NCBI GenBank assembly: GCA_964016885.1
Contig: OZ024745.1
Coordinates: 83,390,001 to 83,454,000, forward strand
From: Eledone cirrhosa
Lineage: Eukaryota
Direction of reading: 5' to 3'
DNA length: 64,000 bases
Positions 12,231-26,538 of this stretch are shown here, in pieces (position 1 is the stretch's first letter; the number at the start of each line of letters is the position of its first letter). A program made the position numbers and the translations under genes. Below the pieces are notes generated by a model. That model saw only the letters and a program-made list of their open reading frames with translations. It was not told where the DNA came from and ran no database searches.

Positions 12231-12499
12231 GTATCTTTTTAGGATGAAGATTAATAGCTGAAACAAAGCAAATACGTAATTAGTTTTCGTAGATTATTTT
12301 CTGGTAATGTTTCGACATACTTGGTATATGTGCATGGATGGTTTAATGTTTCGCATCCCAGGGGGACACAATAATCCGTTTATATATTTTCTCTGTATAT
12401 TTTTAATTGGGAAAAATATTCGTCGCATAAATATAGAAAAATAGGCACTGCTGTGGGAATGCCTTTCATTCGACAAAATGTATAGGAAACCCATTATAT

Positions 12500-12950
12500 A
12501 CTTCTTCTTTTCTTCGCCCACTTATTCCTGAGAGGTTCGTATGGGCAAAGTCCTCAAAAATTCCCTCCAGCGGGTCCTGCCAGAAGCAACCATCTGCAAC
12601 CGATCCGGCTGGATCCCCAAGCGTGACCAGCAAGTTCATACATGTTATCCAGCCATCCTGCTCGGGGTCTACCCCTGGGTCTCCTATCTGTTTGCTTTCG
12701 TGCCTGGAATTTATCCAGCGATTCTTTCCTGAGACATTCTAGCCACATGCCCATAGTATCGGATCTGCGATCTCTCAATTCGGAGAAGTAGCAGCTCTAC
12801 CTCGAGTGACTCTCTGATCACCGAGCAACGCAGTTTATCTAGTAACGTTACCCCAAAGACCCTTCGGACGAACCCCATTTCGGCCGCTTGTATTCGCGAT
12901 GCTGTAAATTGCATCATTTTTGTGCCTGCTACTAATGTTATCAACAGTGG
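12500..12950 (-). mobile_element. RTE-like LINE 3' fragment
   Basis: RIQAAEMGFVRRVFGVTLLDKLRCSVIRESL..IERSQIRYYGHVARM and RPRGRPRAGWLD, with a (GAA)n-like tail. Confidence 0.8.
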
Positions 12951-13384
12951 GGTCTGTTGTTGCCTCTTCACACCCCTTACGCCCTGCCTTGACCAGTATA
13001 CAATTTATCCATCGTTATATATATTCTACAAGAATTCATTTTTATCATTACCGTCATAATGGCTGGTTGATTGGCAAAACACTTGAGCAAAACACTTCAT
13101 TTCATGTTGCTCCAATATACTCAACTGAAAATAAGTACCAGCAGTCATTAGCGACTGAGACAAAATGCTCTGCGGGTAACTAAGTTTAACATGTCGAGGG
13201 TGAAGATGGTGGTGGTGGTCAGACTTTTCAAGAATTCTTGTAGAATATATATAATTCCATAAAGGCATAATTATTAATTATATCATTAAATAAGTAACAC
13301 ACTTCTAAAGTTTGATTTGTTTTTAAAGACACTTGGTTTATTTTATAAAACTTTTAGAATGTGTCTCCTGTCTGGAAGCTTGCT

Positions 13385-13620
13385 GTTTATCCTGGTTTCC
13401 TCGGCGTTAAGTGACTGAGAGTACAAGACTTCTAATTCTCTGGACAGGATGCTAGTTCATCGTAAAGTTACCCCTCACCCCAGCTACTGCTGGTACTTAT
13501 TTTCAGCTGAGTATAATGGAGCAACATGAAATGAAGTGTTTTGCCCAAGAACGGTTCAAGAATCGAACACTACATTAAGGACGTAAGTCCAGCACCATAA
13601 CCAATAAGCCACACACCGTC
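13385..13620 (-). mobile_element. tRNA-derived SINE family 2
   Basis: Minus strand GTGGCTTATTGGTTATGG...GTTCGATTCTTG...TTCTTGGGCAAAACACTTCATTTCATGTTGCTCC. A related + strand copy lies at ~13060-13200. Confidence 0.65.
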
Positions 13621-14544
13621 ACTATTGCTTATTTGTTGGTTTCCTATCATGTACTTTCTTATATAGTCGTTTTGAATCATGTACTTTGTAGTTTTCTTTT
13701 CTTATCTACAATAAATGCTGACGTATTAGTCGTATAATTACATTAATAACACGCTTCTAAACTTTGATTCATTTTTAAAGATTCTAGGTTTCTTCTATAG
13801 CCTAAGGTTATATTCATTATTTATATTACATTCTAATTTACAGTTAGGTTCTTCAATGTTTCCTGAAGTGTCTCTTACTGGATTTGTATGATTTCTATGC
13901 TACTTTTTAAATCATCAATTCATAATAAAAAGTTGTTGTTTTATTATTTCAATTATCAAGAACTTTATATAACATTGCAAATTACATTAGACTTTACTCG
14001 TTAACTAGAAATTACTAAACTATACAACATTTAATAAGAAGTGAGAAGGATGCGATTTTAGTTATGTAAAATGCAGAAATTGTAGCCGTCGCATTAAGCA
14101 GGTTAAACACAACATAATTTGATTTTCTATGTTTAGAAACTAAATTACTGCATTTAAAATAGCAATAAGTAGTAACGCCGCTGGCAGTCACGCAAATAAC
14201 AGCAAATAATCCTCACCTTGACGTTTATATTTTTAGTATCAAAATAACATTAAGCGAAAAATAAAACGTAAATAAAAATACGTTTATTAAGAATTTAAAA
14301 ATATCTTTCATTAAAACACATTCCAAGGTTTTCTTACGCTCTCAAGCCTATCGTTAGAAATTAAAGAAGGCGAAATTGTATAAGTTCTTTGGTTGTTGGT
14401 TAAATTGAAATTGGAAGTGAATATACGCTATAATTGTCTCATGGATACTGGTTTCGTAATCTTTTACTAAAATAACTTATAATCAAAGACATTTTTTTAT
14501 TTTTTATTTTTTTATTTATCAATCGTTTATATATATAGAGAGAG

Positions 14545-17250
14545 AAGTGTCTTGCTCAAGAACACATTTTGTAGAGTATCAGATGAAAGAATGGTATTTA
14601 ACTAATGTATTGGTACGCGATGGGGCCCACCCACAGCCCCGGTGGACAGAATGGGGATGGCGTTTCCCCGGAGGACGGCAAGGGAGACGCGCTGGAAAAG
14701 CCACTCCAACTCGCGGGGCTCACACCTGCGGCTGGCCAGCTCAGCACCTATGGTGGTGAGTAAGGAGGTAGCCCTGGGGCCGAGGACACCAGAAGTCTCC
14801 ACTGCCAGGGGAACGACTGCAAACCTGTCGGAGAGCGACCGGTATGTGAGGAGATTGGCCCCCTCAGCCCGACTTGCAGAAGAAGCTGGGTCAGTCGCAG
14901 ACTGCACCAGGTTGCTGCTGCAGTAAGTATCGGTGCAAGTGCAATCACAGACGAGGGGTTTGCAACCGCGGAACGGGAAGATGGTCATGCCATCTGGCCT
15001 TTTGCCGTCCCCTCGATCCAACCCCACCTGCTCGAGCTGGAAAGGGAAGCCTGCAGTGTCCAAGCCATCCATAATGACCTCGTTGAGGGCAGTATGGCGT
15101 GGAATGCGGCCGGCACTGTGGCGACAGGAAAGCAGGTGGAGGTCGAAAGTGTCCACGGTGTAACCGCAGCGACATTGGTGTGGCTGGCAGATCCGGAGGC
15201 CGAGCCTCAGGGAAACGCCGATTCGCAGGCTATGGTTGACTAGCTGCTTGCCAGTGGAGAAGGAGGGCAGAGCATGGAGCCAGACACCACTGTGGGGTTT
15301 GCAGGCCCCACGAAAAACGAGCAAGGCGGTGCTGGTCGAGCAGGCGCGAGAGTCTGTCTGATGCATCTGCACTGATCGCAGCATCGAGGCTGACGTTCAC
15401 CACCTCCGACTTGGCCGAGTTGACCTGGAGGCCGATTCCCGCCAAGGCAGGAATCACCGATTGAAGGTCTTGGCAGACCGTTCGTACGGGCCCGCCCAAC
15501 GTAGCATCATCCAGATACCAAACGTTGAGCGGGGCCGTGATACTCCGGGCGATGTGGTCAATACCAAGGGCGAACAGGAAGGGTCCCAAAGGGTCGCACT
15601 GTTGTCCCCAGTAGCCGAGGGTATGACCGTATCAGCAGCTAGGAACATGCTCGGGGCTCCATATGACAGGTAGGCCAGCGGGTAGTCAGAGGGGTCTCGG
15701 CCGAGGCAGGCCTCGAGCAGATGATCAAGCTTGACAATGAGGTGCCTGGAGTCCCTGGATGCCGGTACCGATGGGCAGCTGCTGAAGAACTGCCTGATTG
15801 CATGAGAGGCTCTCTCAGAGCCACCGGACACGCCGACACCCAGTTGCACCGGACTAAACTCCTCACCCAGTTCGTTTGTGACGGATTTGCAGATCACCTT
15901 GGCAGCCATCCTCCGGAAGACATTGCCCACAGCAATGGGGCGCATGCCACCCTCTTTCTTCCTGAGAGCGGTGAGGCTGGCCGAAAAAAAGAGGCCTCGG
16001 GCGTAAGGGTCGAGGGCACCATGAATGAGCCTATTGGTGAGCGCCACAATTGCACTTTGAAGGCGGCGCCCGGCCTCAGCGGAGAGGGGGATGTCAACTC
16101 CTTGAGGTGGCCTGGTTGGAGACCATCAACACCTCTGCAGCTGCTAGCTGGGAAGGACCTGATGGCGGACGTGTTATCCGCTTCAGTAGCCACGAGGAGC
16201 AGGTGGGGGTCGGGTGGGAGTATGGGTCTGAGATAAGTGGGTGGCTCAGGGTGTTTGAGCCGCAGAGCAGCCAGGATCTCCTCGGTGGGTTGCAGGACAG
16301 TGTCCTCTGAGGCAACAACTCTAACTGCGGCCGAGACATCACCCATGATAAGCTTTGCGTTTACCTGGTCACGCAAACGCTTGACGCTGGCCTCGGGGTG
16401 GAGGATAGGGGGTACCTGAGGGTGGGGTGTGTGGCGTCCCTGGGCACGCTTGGAATGGGCGTTCGCCCAAATGACGAGACATTGGCCTTGACGAAGGCTG
16501 CTGTTGACGGGCAGCCCCGGTCAGCGCCAGAGCTGGGGAGGCCGAGGGCGAGTGGGGCGAAATAGAACAGTCACTCCCAGTCACTCGCTCAATTGGAGTC
16601 CAGCGCGCTCTCAATCGAGGAAGCGAGGGCTTCGGCTACCGGCACCCGTGCCACTCTCGGGATCCTGAGTGGGATCTTCCGGAGCCGCCTGAACCGAGCG
16701 ATGTTGACCTGCGAGGCTTGGGCGTCAGGCAAGCTCGCTGTCCCATCTGGTGGTGTGCCAGACGGCCGTGGCTGGGAAGACGTGGGGAAGAGGCAGCTCC
16801 TGCACCTCCACGCTGCGAGGGCATTGGAAGCTCGACGAGTCAAACCACAGCAGGTGAGGTGGTGGATGCAGCCGCACCCCAAACAGTTCCGGCCCTTCTT
16901 CCGTTTGTTAGTGGTGCCGCAAGTGTTGCAGGTGTCGATTTGGAGGGGTGGGGGATGGGGCGTGGGGCCCGGGACTGGGGCACCGAGTAGCATCAGGGGT
17001 GGGTGGCTGGTGTGTGTGGGTGGAAGGGAAAGTGCTGGTAAGAGGGCAGCATAGCTCACCTATATATATGGAGGTGCCAGAAAACGGGAGCGAAAAGGGG
17101 CTGCATGGAGGGGGGTCACAGGAAGGTAGAATGGCAGTAATTGAAGAGTGAATGGATGGATGTGCACAAAAAAGGAGGGGGGGGAGAAAATAAGAGGTTG
17201 TTCCCAGCGGAAAGACCCAGAGTTCAGCACGCACATATGCGAGCAACTGA
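14545..17250 (-). mobile_element. CRE-clade non-LTR retrotransposon, near full-length but frameshifted and internally deleted (PHD finger, RT, REL endonuclease)
   Basis: PHD-like C4HC3 finger in ORF 16589-17059. RT motifs LRKKEGGMRPIAVGNVFRR, PVQLGVG and GPFLFALGI..VWYLDDATL. REL motifs CRCG..H..C..RH and RPDG..D. Same family as 2478-3752. Confidence 0.9.
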
Positions 17251-18696
17251 GCAGTTTGTCATAGACGATATTCTCAATGGACGCGCTTACAAATTTGAAT
17301 ATAACTGAACCGTCGTGTCATTTAATTTGAAAAGTGGAGCAAAGTAAAAGGAGAATAGTGAATTTGGAGTGTCAATCCCTTGTGATTTTTTTTTTTCAAT
17401 ACCGGACTTACAGTTTTCCAGGATTGATACTCATTTTTTTTTTTTTTTTTTTCTTCAAAAGGATGGAGGCGTTTTATCTCCTCATGAAACTGACATTACT
17501 TAATGATGTTCGTCATCTATGGCTTATTCATATGTATTATTTCATAACTCTATAGAACTATTAGAATGTTTGTGCAGTGTTCTATGTCCAGCCAGGTTTG
17601 TACAACAGGTAAGAAAAATGATGATTCGGTGACGGTTTCTTCTGATCGGAGCCTCTTCCACGTCGGAAGATCGAAGTGTGTTTTATTGTCTTCTTCAATA
17701 CTTTCATAAACGGCTTCGGAGATTTAAAACTTATGTTTCAATTCGTGCTTCCATTTCCACACGGTTCTATTGTCTTATTTACAAAAATATATATTTCTAT
17801 ATATTTCTTTATTTATTTCTCAGTCTCTTATTTCTGTATATTTAACAATATAGCCTCGTAACATATATTTAGTAATGTCTTCAGCTGCTAAACTAACGTA
17901 ATACATTACTTATTAGTATATCCAATCACATATATGAGTAATATGTATTTATCTAATATGTCGAAAATATGGCGTATGTAATACAAAAAGGAAAGTATGT
18001 AATTTACGAATAAACATGTAGAAAATACGCTCCCATAACACTCCTGTATAATTCCTTATCATGTAGGCTTTGCTTGGAATACAGCGCAAACACAATTTGT
18101 CATACTATAAAAATTACCCACGAAGGAGGTGCATTATATGAATTACACACGGAATGTCAATAACTACGCATATCATAATCATCATCAGAATTTAACGTCT
18201 ATTCTTTCCGCTAGCATGGTTTAAACGAGTTGTTTCGTTGTGAGACAAATCAGGGACAGTGACTGTGTCTTGTACATACAGAACAGTTTCTGGCCTAGTT
18301 TCTAAGGTAGGATACCCTTCCTAACGCCACCAACATCTCGTAAATTATATTACTTTCTTAATGCTTAGTATGGATTAGAAAAGCCATGAAACATTCACAT
18401 TTTCTAGACACTGTAACGGGTAACGGAAATGCAGATATATTACTTGATTATAAAAATGTAATATTATTTACCCTTTTATTTATGGTGATATCACAAGTAG
18501 ATAGCGGCAGCATAGAAATTTACCGCCTTATGGCATCACAATCAATTGCACCTCAGAGACAAATAGCGCCAACATCGAAATTCTCTAAATCACTGAATAG
18601 CAAAATAGTTTTGGAAACATTCAGTAATTTCCACAAATTGTTTTATTACAATTCTCTCGTGGCTACGTCCTACGACCCAAATTCCCACTAGATAAT

Positions 18697-18871
18697 TGTT
18701 TCTACTTTAGGCACAAGGCCAGCAATCACCCAGTGCATTACTGGTACTTTATTTTATCGACCCCGTAAGGATGAAAGGCAAAGTCAACCTCGGCGGGATT
18801 TGAACTCAGATCATAAAGGGACGTAACTATGCTGGAAAGCATGGCGTCCGACCCTCTACCGATACTGCCAA
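18697..18871 (-). mobile_element. SINE family 1 with TSD
   Basis: TSD TCCCACTAGATAAT at 18683-18696 and 18872-18885. Confidence 0.93.
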
Positions 18872-19569
18872 TCCCACTAGATAATGACATTTGAAGATAG
18901 GAAGATAACTAAGATGTGAATGTATGTTTACTCGTAGAAATACGAAATTCATTTGTAAATCATTGTTTTTTAAATCTGCTGTACAAATAGAACACAAATG
19001 GATATAATAGGCTAGCTTGAAATTGATTTTGAGACTGACCATATCATATACGAGCTGCAAATAGCCTGCAGTCTTAGCAAATGGTAGGGAAAATCTCAAT
19101 TACAAGAAAAGATTACTTATTCAACCTGGAAATCATTTCTTTAATATAACATTTTTAACGACGCTACATTTGTACCGTTTCAATATTACTTTCTTAGTGG
19201 ACAGAAATGCTCCTGTTAAATACCATATAGCAGTAATTCACTCAATACCATTAGAAAACGTATAACTTCTATGTACCCATTTACATTATTTCTGATTTCT
19301 ATAGACGGAATCTTCTATTGCAAGATGTATTTCATTACGAAATCAAGATGAAAATAAGAAACATTCCAAGTTTTACATAATATATTATGAATGTGGTTTT
19401 GGAACGAGCAGAATGTTTGGTTTCCTGCTTGACAGAAAATTAGCAAAACTTGTATTTCATCCGAATGTATGTAAGCACTTTAACAGAGATCTTTGGTTTG
19501 AATTTCCAGTTGTAGCTATTTCACTTATTTAAAACAAACTTCCAGTTAGCAAGAAAAACAGTTATCATA

Positions 19570-20830
19570 CGAGTGTCGGATGAAATGTTCATAGGCTGAC
19601 CAAGATACCCTCATGGAATGTGACCAAATGAGATTTGTTTTTCAACAGAGTCCTTCAAGTGGTCCACACATTTCTCCCATCAGTGTTGCAGTGCTTGGAT
19701 CACATAGGGGAAGACGCTTTCAGCTTGTTTGTAAAAAAAAGCCATCAACAGAAGATATGACGTCATCATCACTGTGATAATCGTTTCCAACCAATTGTTT
19801 TTTCTATGTTGAAGAATAGATGATAGTTAGATGAGTCCGTACCATGTGACTAGGGAGGGTGATCAACCAGTTCAAAGCCCCAGTCACGCACAGGAGCCAT
19901 TGAAACCAAGTACTTGCGTATTGGAACATTGTCCTGATGAAATAAGACCCTTTCGTCAATTTCCACGGGCATTCGGTCTTGATAGCCTTTGGTAAATGCC
20001 ACAGCAAGTTAACATAGTTCTCTCCATTGATGATGTGGCCCTTCTGAAGACTGTCAAAACCACAATTCCTTTTGCATCCCCTCAAAAACTGAGGCCATCA
20101 CATTCCTTGCAGATGAAACAACCTTGGACTTCTTCCGAGCAAGCGAGGGCGGGTGTTTCACAACATGGATTGTCTCCTTTTCTCTGGTTCAAAGTGATAA
20201 ACCCTGCACGCATCCTGGGTTAAGAAATGTTCAAGAAAACCAGCTGAATTTGCCTCAAACAATGTCACATTTTCCTATGATGTAATCAGCCTGGTGTGCT
20301 TTTAGTCAGGTGTCAGAAGACGTGGCACCCACTGAGCAAAACCCTTCGTCATTCCAAGGGCATTGTGCAGTATATTCCCAACATTCTCACAAGATATGCT
20401 AATAGAATTATCTATTTGACATGTCATCCATCACCATGTCATGAACACGATTAATGTTTTCCTCTGTAGTGGTGGTTCGAGGACGTCCAGACCTTGAGTC
20501 ATTTTCAAGACTCTCCCTCCCCCTCCTAAATTGAGCTGCCGGCTTTTGCACTGTTGATAAAACTGGAGCATCATCACCTAAAGTAGCAAGCATCTCAGTA
20601 TGAATTTCCTTGGGGGCTAAATCCTTTTTCTGCAGGTATTTGATAACACGACGATGCCAAATTTTGTCCATTTTCAAGAGACGACGCTACTAATTACTTT
20701 TCACGTCTTCTTTGAACAGTCAGATGTCAGTTTACATGAACAAAAAGAAAGCAGGTATTAAAATGAGCAAGATTTCACAGCACTAGCTTCATTCCTTCAT
20801 AGTCAGCCTATGAATCTTTTAGCTCCCTCG
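19570..20830 (-). mobile_element. Full-length but decayed Tc1/mariner DNA transposon
   Basis: Imperfect TIRs CGAG..TTCATAGGCTGAC and GTCAGCCTATGAA..CTCG, ~1.26 kb apart. N-terminal HTH region VIKYLQKKDLAPKEIHTEMLATLGDDAP..RSGRPRT, plus a downstream DDD-region fragment (LQKGHIINGENYVNLL). Confidence 0.9.
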
Positions 20831-22779
20831 TTTCTTTTATATCTACGCACTAAATTTCTTTTTCTATTTTGATGACATTATATATCACCTTATATGATGA
20901 ATTACTCGGATATTCTTTTATTACAGGTGGTTATTGTCGCTATATCTTTGGGAAAAAAATTACAAAATATTATTTACATGATAATAAACAGAATCTCGTC
21001 ATTTATACCAAACCGTTCGGAAAAAGACATACGATATTTCCATGTCCTGAAGCAAAAGATTTGTGATTGCAACGAAATATAAAACAACAATCTTATAATT
21101 ATACTTGATTGGTGAGTACAATATATTTACTATTAGATGGAATGTAGAAGAAAAAAGAACACAACATAATTTATCGAAGTCTGTATAAACAACGGACCAG
21201 TGATATTGTGACGAGCACGTGCTACTAAATTGACGACGCAAGATTTCATTAAGAAAAGGGCACAAGTGAAATAACTTGGTGTGTAGGCTATTAATTTCTT
21301 TAATATGAAGCTTTATTTCAGTTGCTGAAATGCCATAATAGCTTATCTTAAATCTACATCATATCTTTAGTAAAGACAGCGTGGCTTTTCATTATACAAA
21401 TAACACATTGAGATATGTGTTTATATTTTATCGTTCACTTATAGAAAGTGTATCGTTTTGTTCGTTATTAACCTTTCGAGAGAAAATTGGCCGCTCTGAG
21501 TTTAATATTACACGTAAAACGTGTCAGTCTTTTTCATATACCGTAGACTACATATGTAGCTACTATTCCAAACCCTTTAATTTTAAGGGAGGATTGAACG
21601 GCATCTTGGACGCATAAAGGGACTATGTGGGAGTAGTTGATAGAAGAGGCTGGTACAAAAGCCTAAAAAACTGATCAGACGGCACCAACTTCCTCACAGG
21701 TACCGACTTGATTTCCGTAATGCGTCAGTTTGGACATGGAACAACCGCATAGGGATATCTAGATCGTATTTAAATAGGTTTTGTTTATTAGGCTAGCAGA
21801 AACGGTTGTATATTCAAACCACAAATAATGTGCCTGGTTTATGTACATAAAATATTTAGACAGGTATCTGGTTACTAGGCTTGTTCCCGAGCCTTAATGT
21901 TTACAAAGACCGGATAAGAACATTAGTAATGTGACAGTTATGTTTGTGATGTTTTATTTCCTTGTAGGGAACACTTAGTTTGTAGGTTGTGTCTGTTAAA
22001 TTGCATAAATTTATAACTTCACCTGTCTTTCATTTGGAGAATTTCTTGATACCTTATCAGCTTGAACGGCTATATCGTTAGAATTGCACTTCTTCCATTG
22101 TCACGTATCGAATTTCATGAGTACTAGTTGTTTCTGTATTTCCTTATAATACCTATCCAAACATCAGTATTAATATTCCATCTTTACTGGGACTTGGCAG
22201 CCAGAAATGACATGTCCGTCGTGGCCTTATTGTTCAGAACTTTTGCATGATTATTTGCTTTCCCTCGAAACCAGCCCAGCCCGGCCGTAACCATATTGTA
22301 GCTGTTTTGTTTCCATTCTTTCTTTGGTGGTTCCTTCTAATTACTTTTCCAGTCCTATTGTGGCTACAGTATCCTAATAATGACAGCTGAAAATTTCCTA
22401 TAGATGCCTTTTACATAAGACGTATACAAATTTCTTTGTCTCACTACATAAGTATATTAGTTTCCAAATTAACTATATTATAATCATAGTTTACTATTTG
22501 CAGTTTGTCTGTGTCTAATGGATACGTGCTTTTTACGATGACTTTGTATTGTACAGAAGGAATTCACTTAAACAAATATTGGTTTTCCTTTCTAATCTCG
22601 TCAATTCACTTAACTTCTAATTATTATGTTTGTTGTATATCACTTGTATCGTGAATACACGCGACCGAAATGGTGGTCCTCCAAAGCGTCTTTAAAGTGA
22701 CTTTACTCGATAGAGTGCGTAGCCCTGATATCAGGGAGCCGCCACAGTTAGAGCTACTATTTCCCTGCTATATCACGGC

Positions 22780-23040
22780 TCCGATACTACGTATATGTGG
22801 TTGAAATGTCTAAGGAAATAATCCCTGGACAGATTTTACGGGCAAAGCCAACCGAAAGGAGACCCAGAAGTAGACCCCTAATAAGGCAGTTGGATACATC
22901 TGTGAACGCGGTTGGTCTAGTTTGGGGATCCAGACAAACCAATTGGAGAGGGTTGCTTCTAATATAACACTCTGGAATGTTTGTCGGAAGATTCTCCCTC
23001 CATAAACTTTTCAGGAATAGTTGGGAGAATTAGAAGAAAA
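22780..23040 (+). mobile_element. Decayed RTE-like LINE 3' fragment
   Basis: Similar to the reverse complement of 12550-12770 (MSKEIIPGQILRAKPTERRPRSRP). Confidence 0.55.
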
Positions 23041-23045
23041 CAAAG

Positions 23046-23049
23046 TAGC

Positions 23050-23106
<57 letters not shown>

Positions 23107-23118
23107 TGTTGTTGTTGT
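23046..23118. repeat. (AGT)n/(GTT)n microsatellite
   Basis: Directly visible. Confidence 0.97.
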
Positions 23119-25940
23119 ATATTTAGGGCCTAATTAAGCTCAATCATAATAATTAGGCTTGTTTTATTTTTTCAATAATCCATTGTAATTCTTAATATTG
23201 TAATTTAACATATTAAGTATTTTTTCGTGTTCTAAGTTTAGACTCCCTTGAGTTCAACTTTTCCTGATTAAGTCTATAAATAAAGTGTGAGTTCAGAGTA
23301 CTTGCGGCATTTTTCTGGCTCTTTCTATTCTATTTTCAAATCCTACCGTCCCAGGGAATGGAATCTTACCATGTACACATTCGTAGTTAGTCCTAAATAA
23401 CCTTATAGTCATACATTCTCTTCAAACTACTGAGAGTGGTGGTAATTAATGGTGTAGATATTTATAAGTATTGTGCAAGCGTCGACTTGTCAGGTTGGAA
23501 CACGCCACACAACCCCAGATTCCCAAGTGAGAGACAAGCTAATCAGGTCCTCCCATGGAATGAGGCAAAGAGGGCGTCCCAAGATGAAATTGCGGCAGAC
23601 AATCGACAGAAGTTGGAATATGTTTATATATGCAACTAGCTGTGGTCATTAGAGCACTTTAGCTGCTTCGTATGTCACAAGACGAGGGAGCTTCTAAGAT
23701 TAAGTCTATTATCCCAATATATGGCCTCGTCTTTAGGAATTTCGGTAACTTTGATATATTCCGTTAATGCGATATTCACTATATATGTTCTTTTCTAAGT
23801 CCATTAGAAGCCTATGTAGGTTTTCCAGGTTAGTAATATATCTTGCAAATAAATTTGATAATTTGACATACGATACGGTTAACAGCTCGCCGATAATATA
23901 TATACCTAAAGCAATTCCATAGAATAGTGTGGAAATAGATACGGCATGCAAAATTCTATTTAGTAAGGAGCTAATATTTTTATTTATTTATACTTATTTT
24001 ATATTGTAATTGATATGACCTACTTTGTCTTGTAACTGTTGATATAATATTCTGATATTAACGTTTCTGAATGTGCAGACAGCATCTATAATATCACCGA
24101 CGACTGACGTATACTGTGGAATGCTTTGCGGAAATAAATCAATTAATTAAGAATTGTTTGTATACGTTCTTCAGTGAATCATCCATTAACTTATTGATCT
24201 AAAAATCTTGTCATTGACTCACTTACATTATTTCTCTTAGTTCCAATTATTGTTTCAGTCACGCAACTTATAGTCGCTCAAACATTCCTATTTTTCTCTA
24301 TATATATAAATTATTGCAAACTATATATATAAATCCTTGTGAACTCATCAAAACAGGTGTGGGCATAATATACAATACTGATGAGATTCAATCATTTTGA
24401 AACGTGTCTATAGTTGTCTTTTACTTTGAAACAAAGACCAGATATTTCTCTGAGCGTTTCAAATAATTTCGAAAAATATTTATTTTCTTGAAAGTATCTC
24501 CCATTTTCTTAGAGTTGCTTACAATTATTGCTCAATTCTTATATTCTTTCGACAGTCAGAAGGTCAATATCAATTACTTGATAATTGTTTACGTACGTCA
24601 TTCAGTACATTATATTTTAACTTATTGTATTTAAAGCTTCATTTCATTTCCATTTCTGTCTGTCTTTGGTAATTTCTTAGTTTAGAAATGGAGGTTCATT
24701 ACATCCGTGCAGATCCATTTAGTTTATTTGACAATGTAATATTATCTCCCAATAAGAGGCATGCGATGGATGGGTAAAACCTCTTGGATTGTTCATAAAT
24801 AGGATTTCCGCGGGTAGTTTTTTATCCTTTCTGTATCTTTTTCGAGCATCAACATCGATTTTTATCAAACACTCCGAACCCTAATCAGTATACATTATTG
24901 AGGAAACAATTTTCTATTACATTTTGCCTATACATGAAAGAAAAACAACTAAAAATTCAGATATATTACAAAGACATTGTCTTTATGAGCTCTCAGGGTG
25001 ACTTTATTTTCAAAAACATTGCTAAACTGCTTCACGTAGACTACGCTTAATATATAGGGTTAGAAATTATTTTAGTTCCAATGAGATTCTTTATCTCTAC
25101 AAGACCAAAGCATTGCGCGCATCCAGGTACTGTTATTAAATCTGGCATTGACAAAAGCTTTCTGAGCAAAATGTTAGGTTCATTAGCCTATCCTTACGCT
25201 GTTCCGTTTCTTCTCCCCTACTGTTATTACAAAGGCAAACTAGTCATCCGCTTAAGTAGACTAGATGCATTTCTATACGTTCCTCATATCTTCCTTACTA
25301 GAACTCATTCCAAATTCCAAATTTAACGTTTTTATGCATTCTTTTTCACATGCACTGCATCTACTTAGAACTTCCCTCAACTAATAACATATGTGAGTAA
25401 AATATGAAACGGAAATTCTTCACACACAAAAAGAACCATGAAGCTCATGATTGCCGTCTTGTTTGCAAAAATGAATAAATTGTTTATATTCATATTTAAG
25501 CTAATTAGCAATCCTGTATATTTCATTATGTCCAGAGTTTATCATACAAACAACTGAGTGATCTTTAAATGCCAAAATAAATGTAGATAGAACCTCATAT
25601 ACTATTGTAGAAAACACAGCTTAGTAATCAGTATTTTCCTGGTTAATATAAAAGAAAGATTTTGAGATTTTGATAAAATAGTATCTTTTACCCTATGGCT
25701 ATGTAGTATTCCCTAACCTGAACGAATCAGATCCATTCAAGCCCATGAGATAGTTAATCAAGTTTCTTTGCTTTAACAGCATACATTCACACAAATACAT
25801 GCACCTCCACACATGTTATAAATGGATTTTTAAAACATTTCAATACTTTTAAATAACTTTTAATTTAAGGAAAATGGGTATTTTGATAGATGGCTTTTGA
25901 ATAGATTTGGGGCAGAGTACAGATCGGTGAGAAAGCTGAG

Positions 25941-25953
25941 CACACACACACAC

Positions 25954-26006
<53 letters not shown>
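25941..26006. repeat. (CA)n(TA)n microsatellite
   Basis: Directly visible. Confidence 0.97.
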
Positions 26007-26007
<1 letters not shown>

Positions 26008-26353
26008 GTGTGTAATAATAAATGTGAAGACTAAAATCAGTATGTTTGTATGTACGTATGTGTGTGTATGTGTCTATTGTATGTGTGTGTCTTTCTGTAT
26101 CTGTGTCTGTGCGTCAGTGTGTAGGATCATCATAACATATCCTCCTTGATTGTGATGTCTAGTATTTATTGCAGCTTGGAATGTTATAAATATATATTAC
26201 TTATTTTTAATATGTGGGTACGATATTGTGTTCTTGGTGTGTTGCGATTGAAAGAGACAATATTTGAAGGAAACGCAGATTAGTGTCGGATGTAGTGATT
26301 GAGTAATTCAGTTGTTGAAGGGATCAATATTGTCATGATAGTTATCAAATAAT

Positions 26354-26538
26354 TGTTTCTACTTTAGGCACAAGGCCAGCAAGTTACCCAGTGCATTACT
26401 GGTACTTTATTTTATCGACCCCGTAAGGATGAAAGGCAAAGTCAACCTCGGCGGGATTTGAACTCAGATCGTAAAGGGACGTAACTATGCTGGAAAGCAT
26501 GGCGTCCGACCTTCTACCGATACTGCCAATCCACCGCC
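26354..26538 (-). mobile_element. SINE family 1, full-length with TSD
   Basis: TSD TGATAGTTATCAAATAAT at 26336-26353 and 26541-26558. Confidence 0.95.

Noticed and set aside
14547-17151. Many + strand ORFs overlapping the CRE element (likewise antisense ORFs over the Tx1 and Dong elements)
   Set aside because: Shadow ORFs of GC-rich or biased retrotransposon coding sequence, with no recognisable motifs.
24372-24416. CTGATGA..GAAACGTGTC hammerhead-like motif
   Set aside because: Stem II barely pairs and stem I is only 3 bp. The context looks like decayed LINE sequence, so it is probably coincidental.
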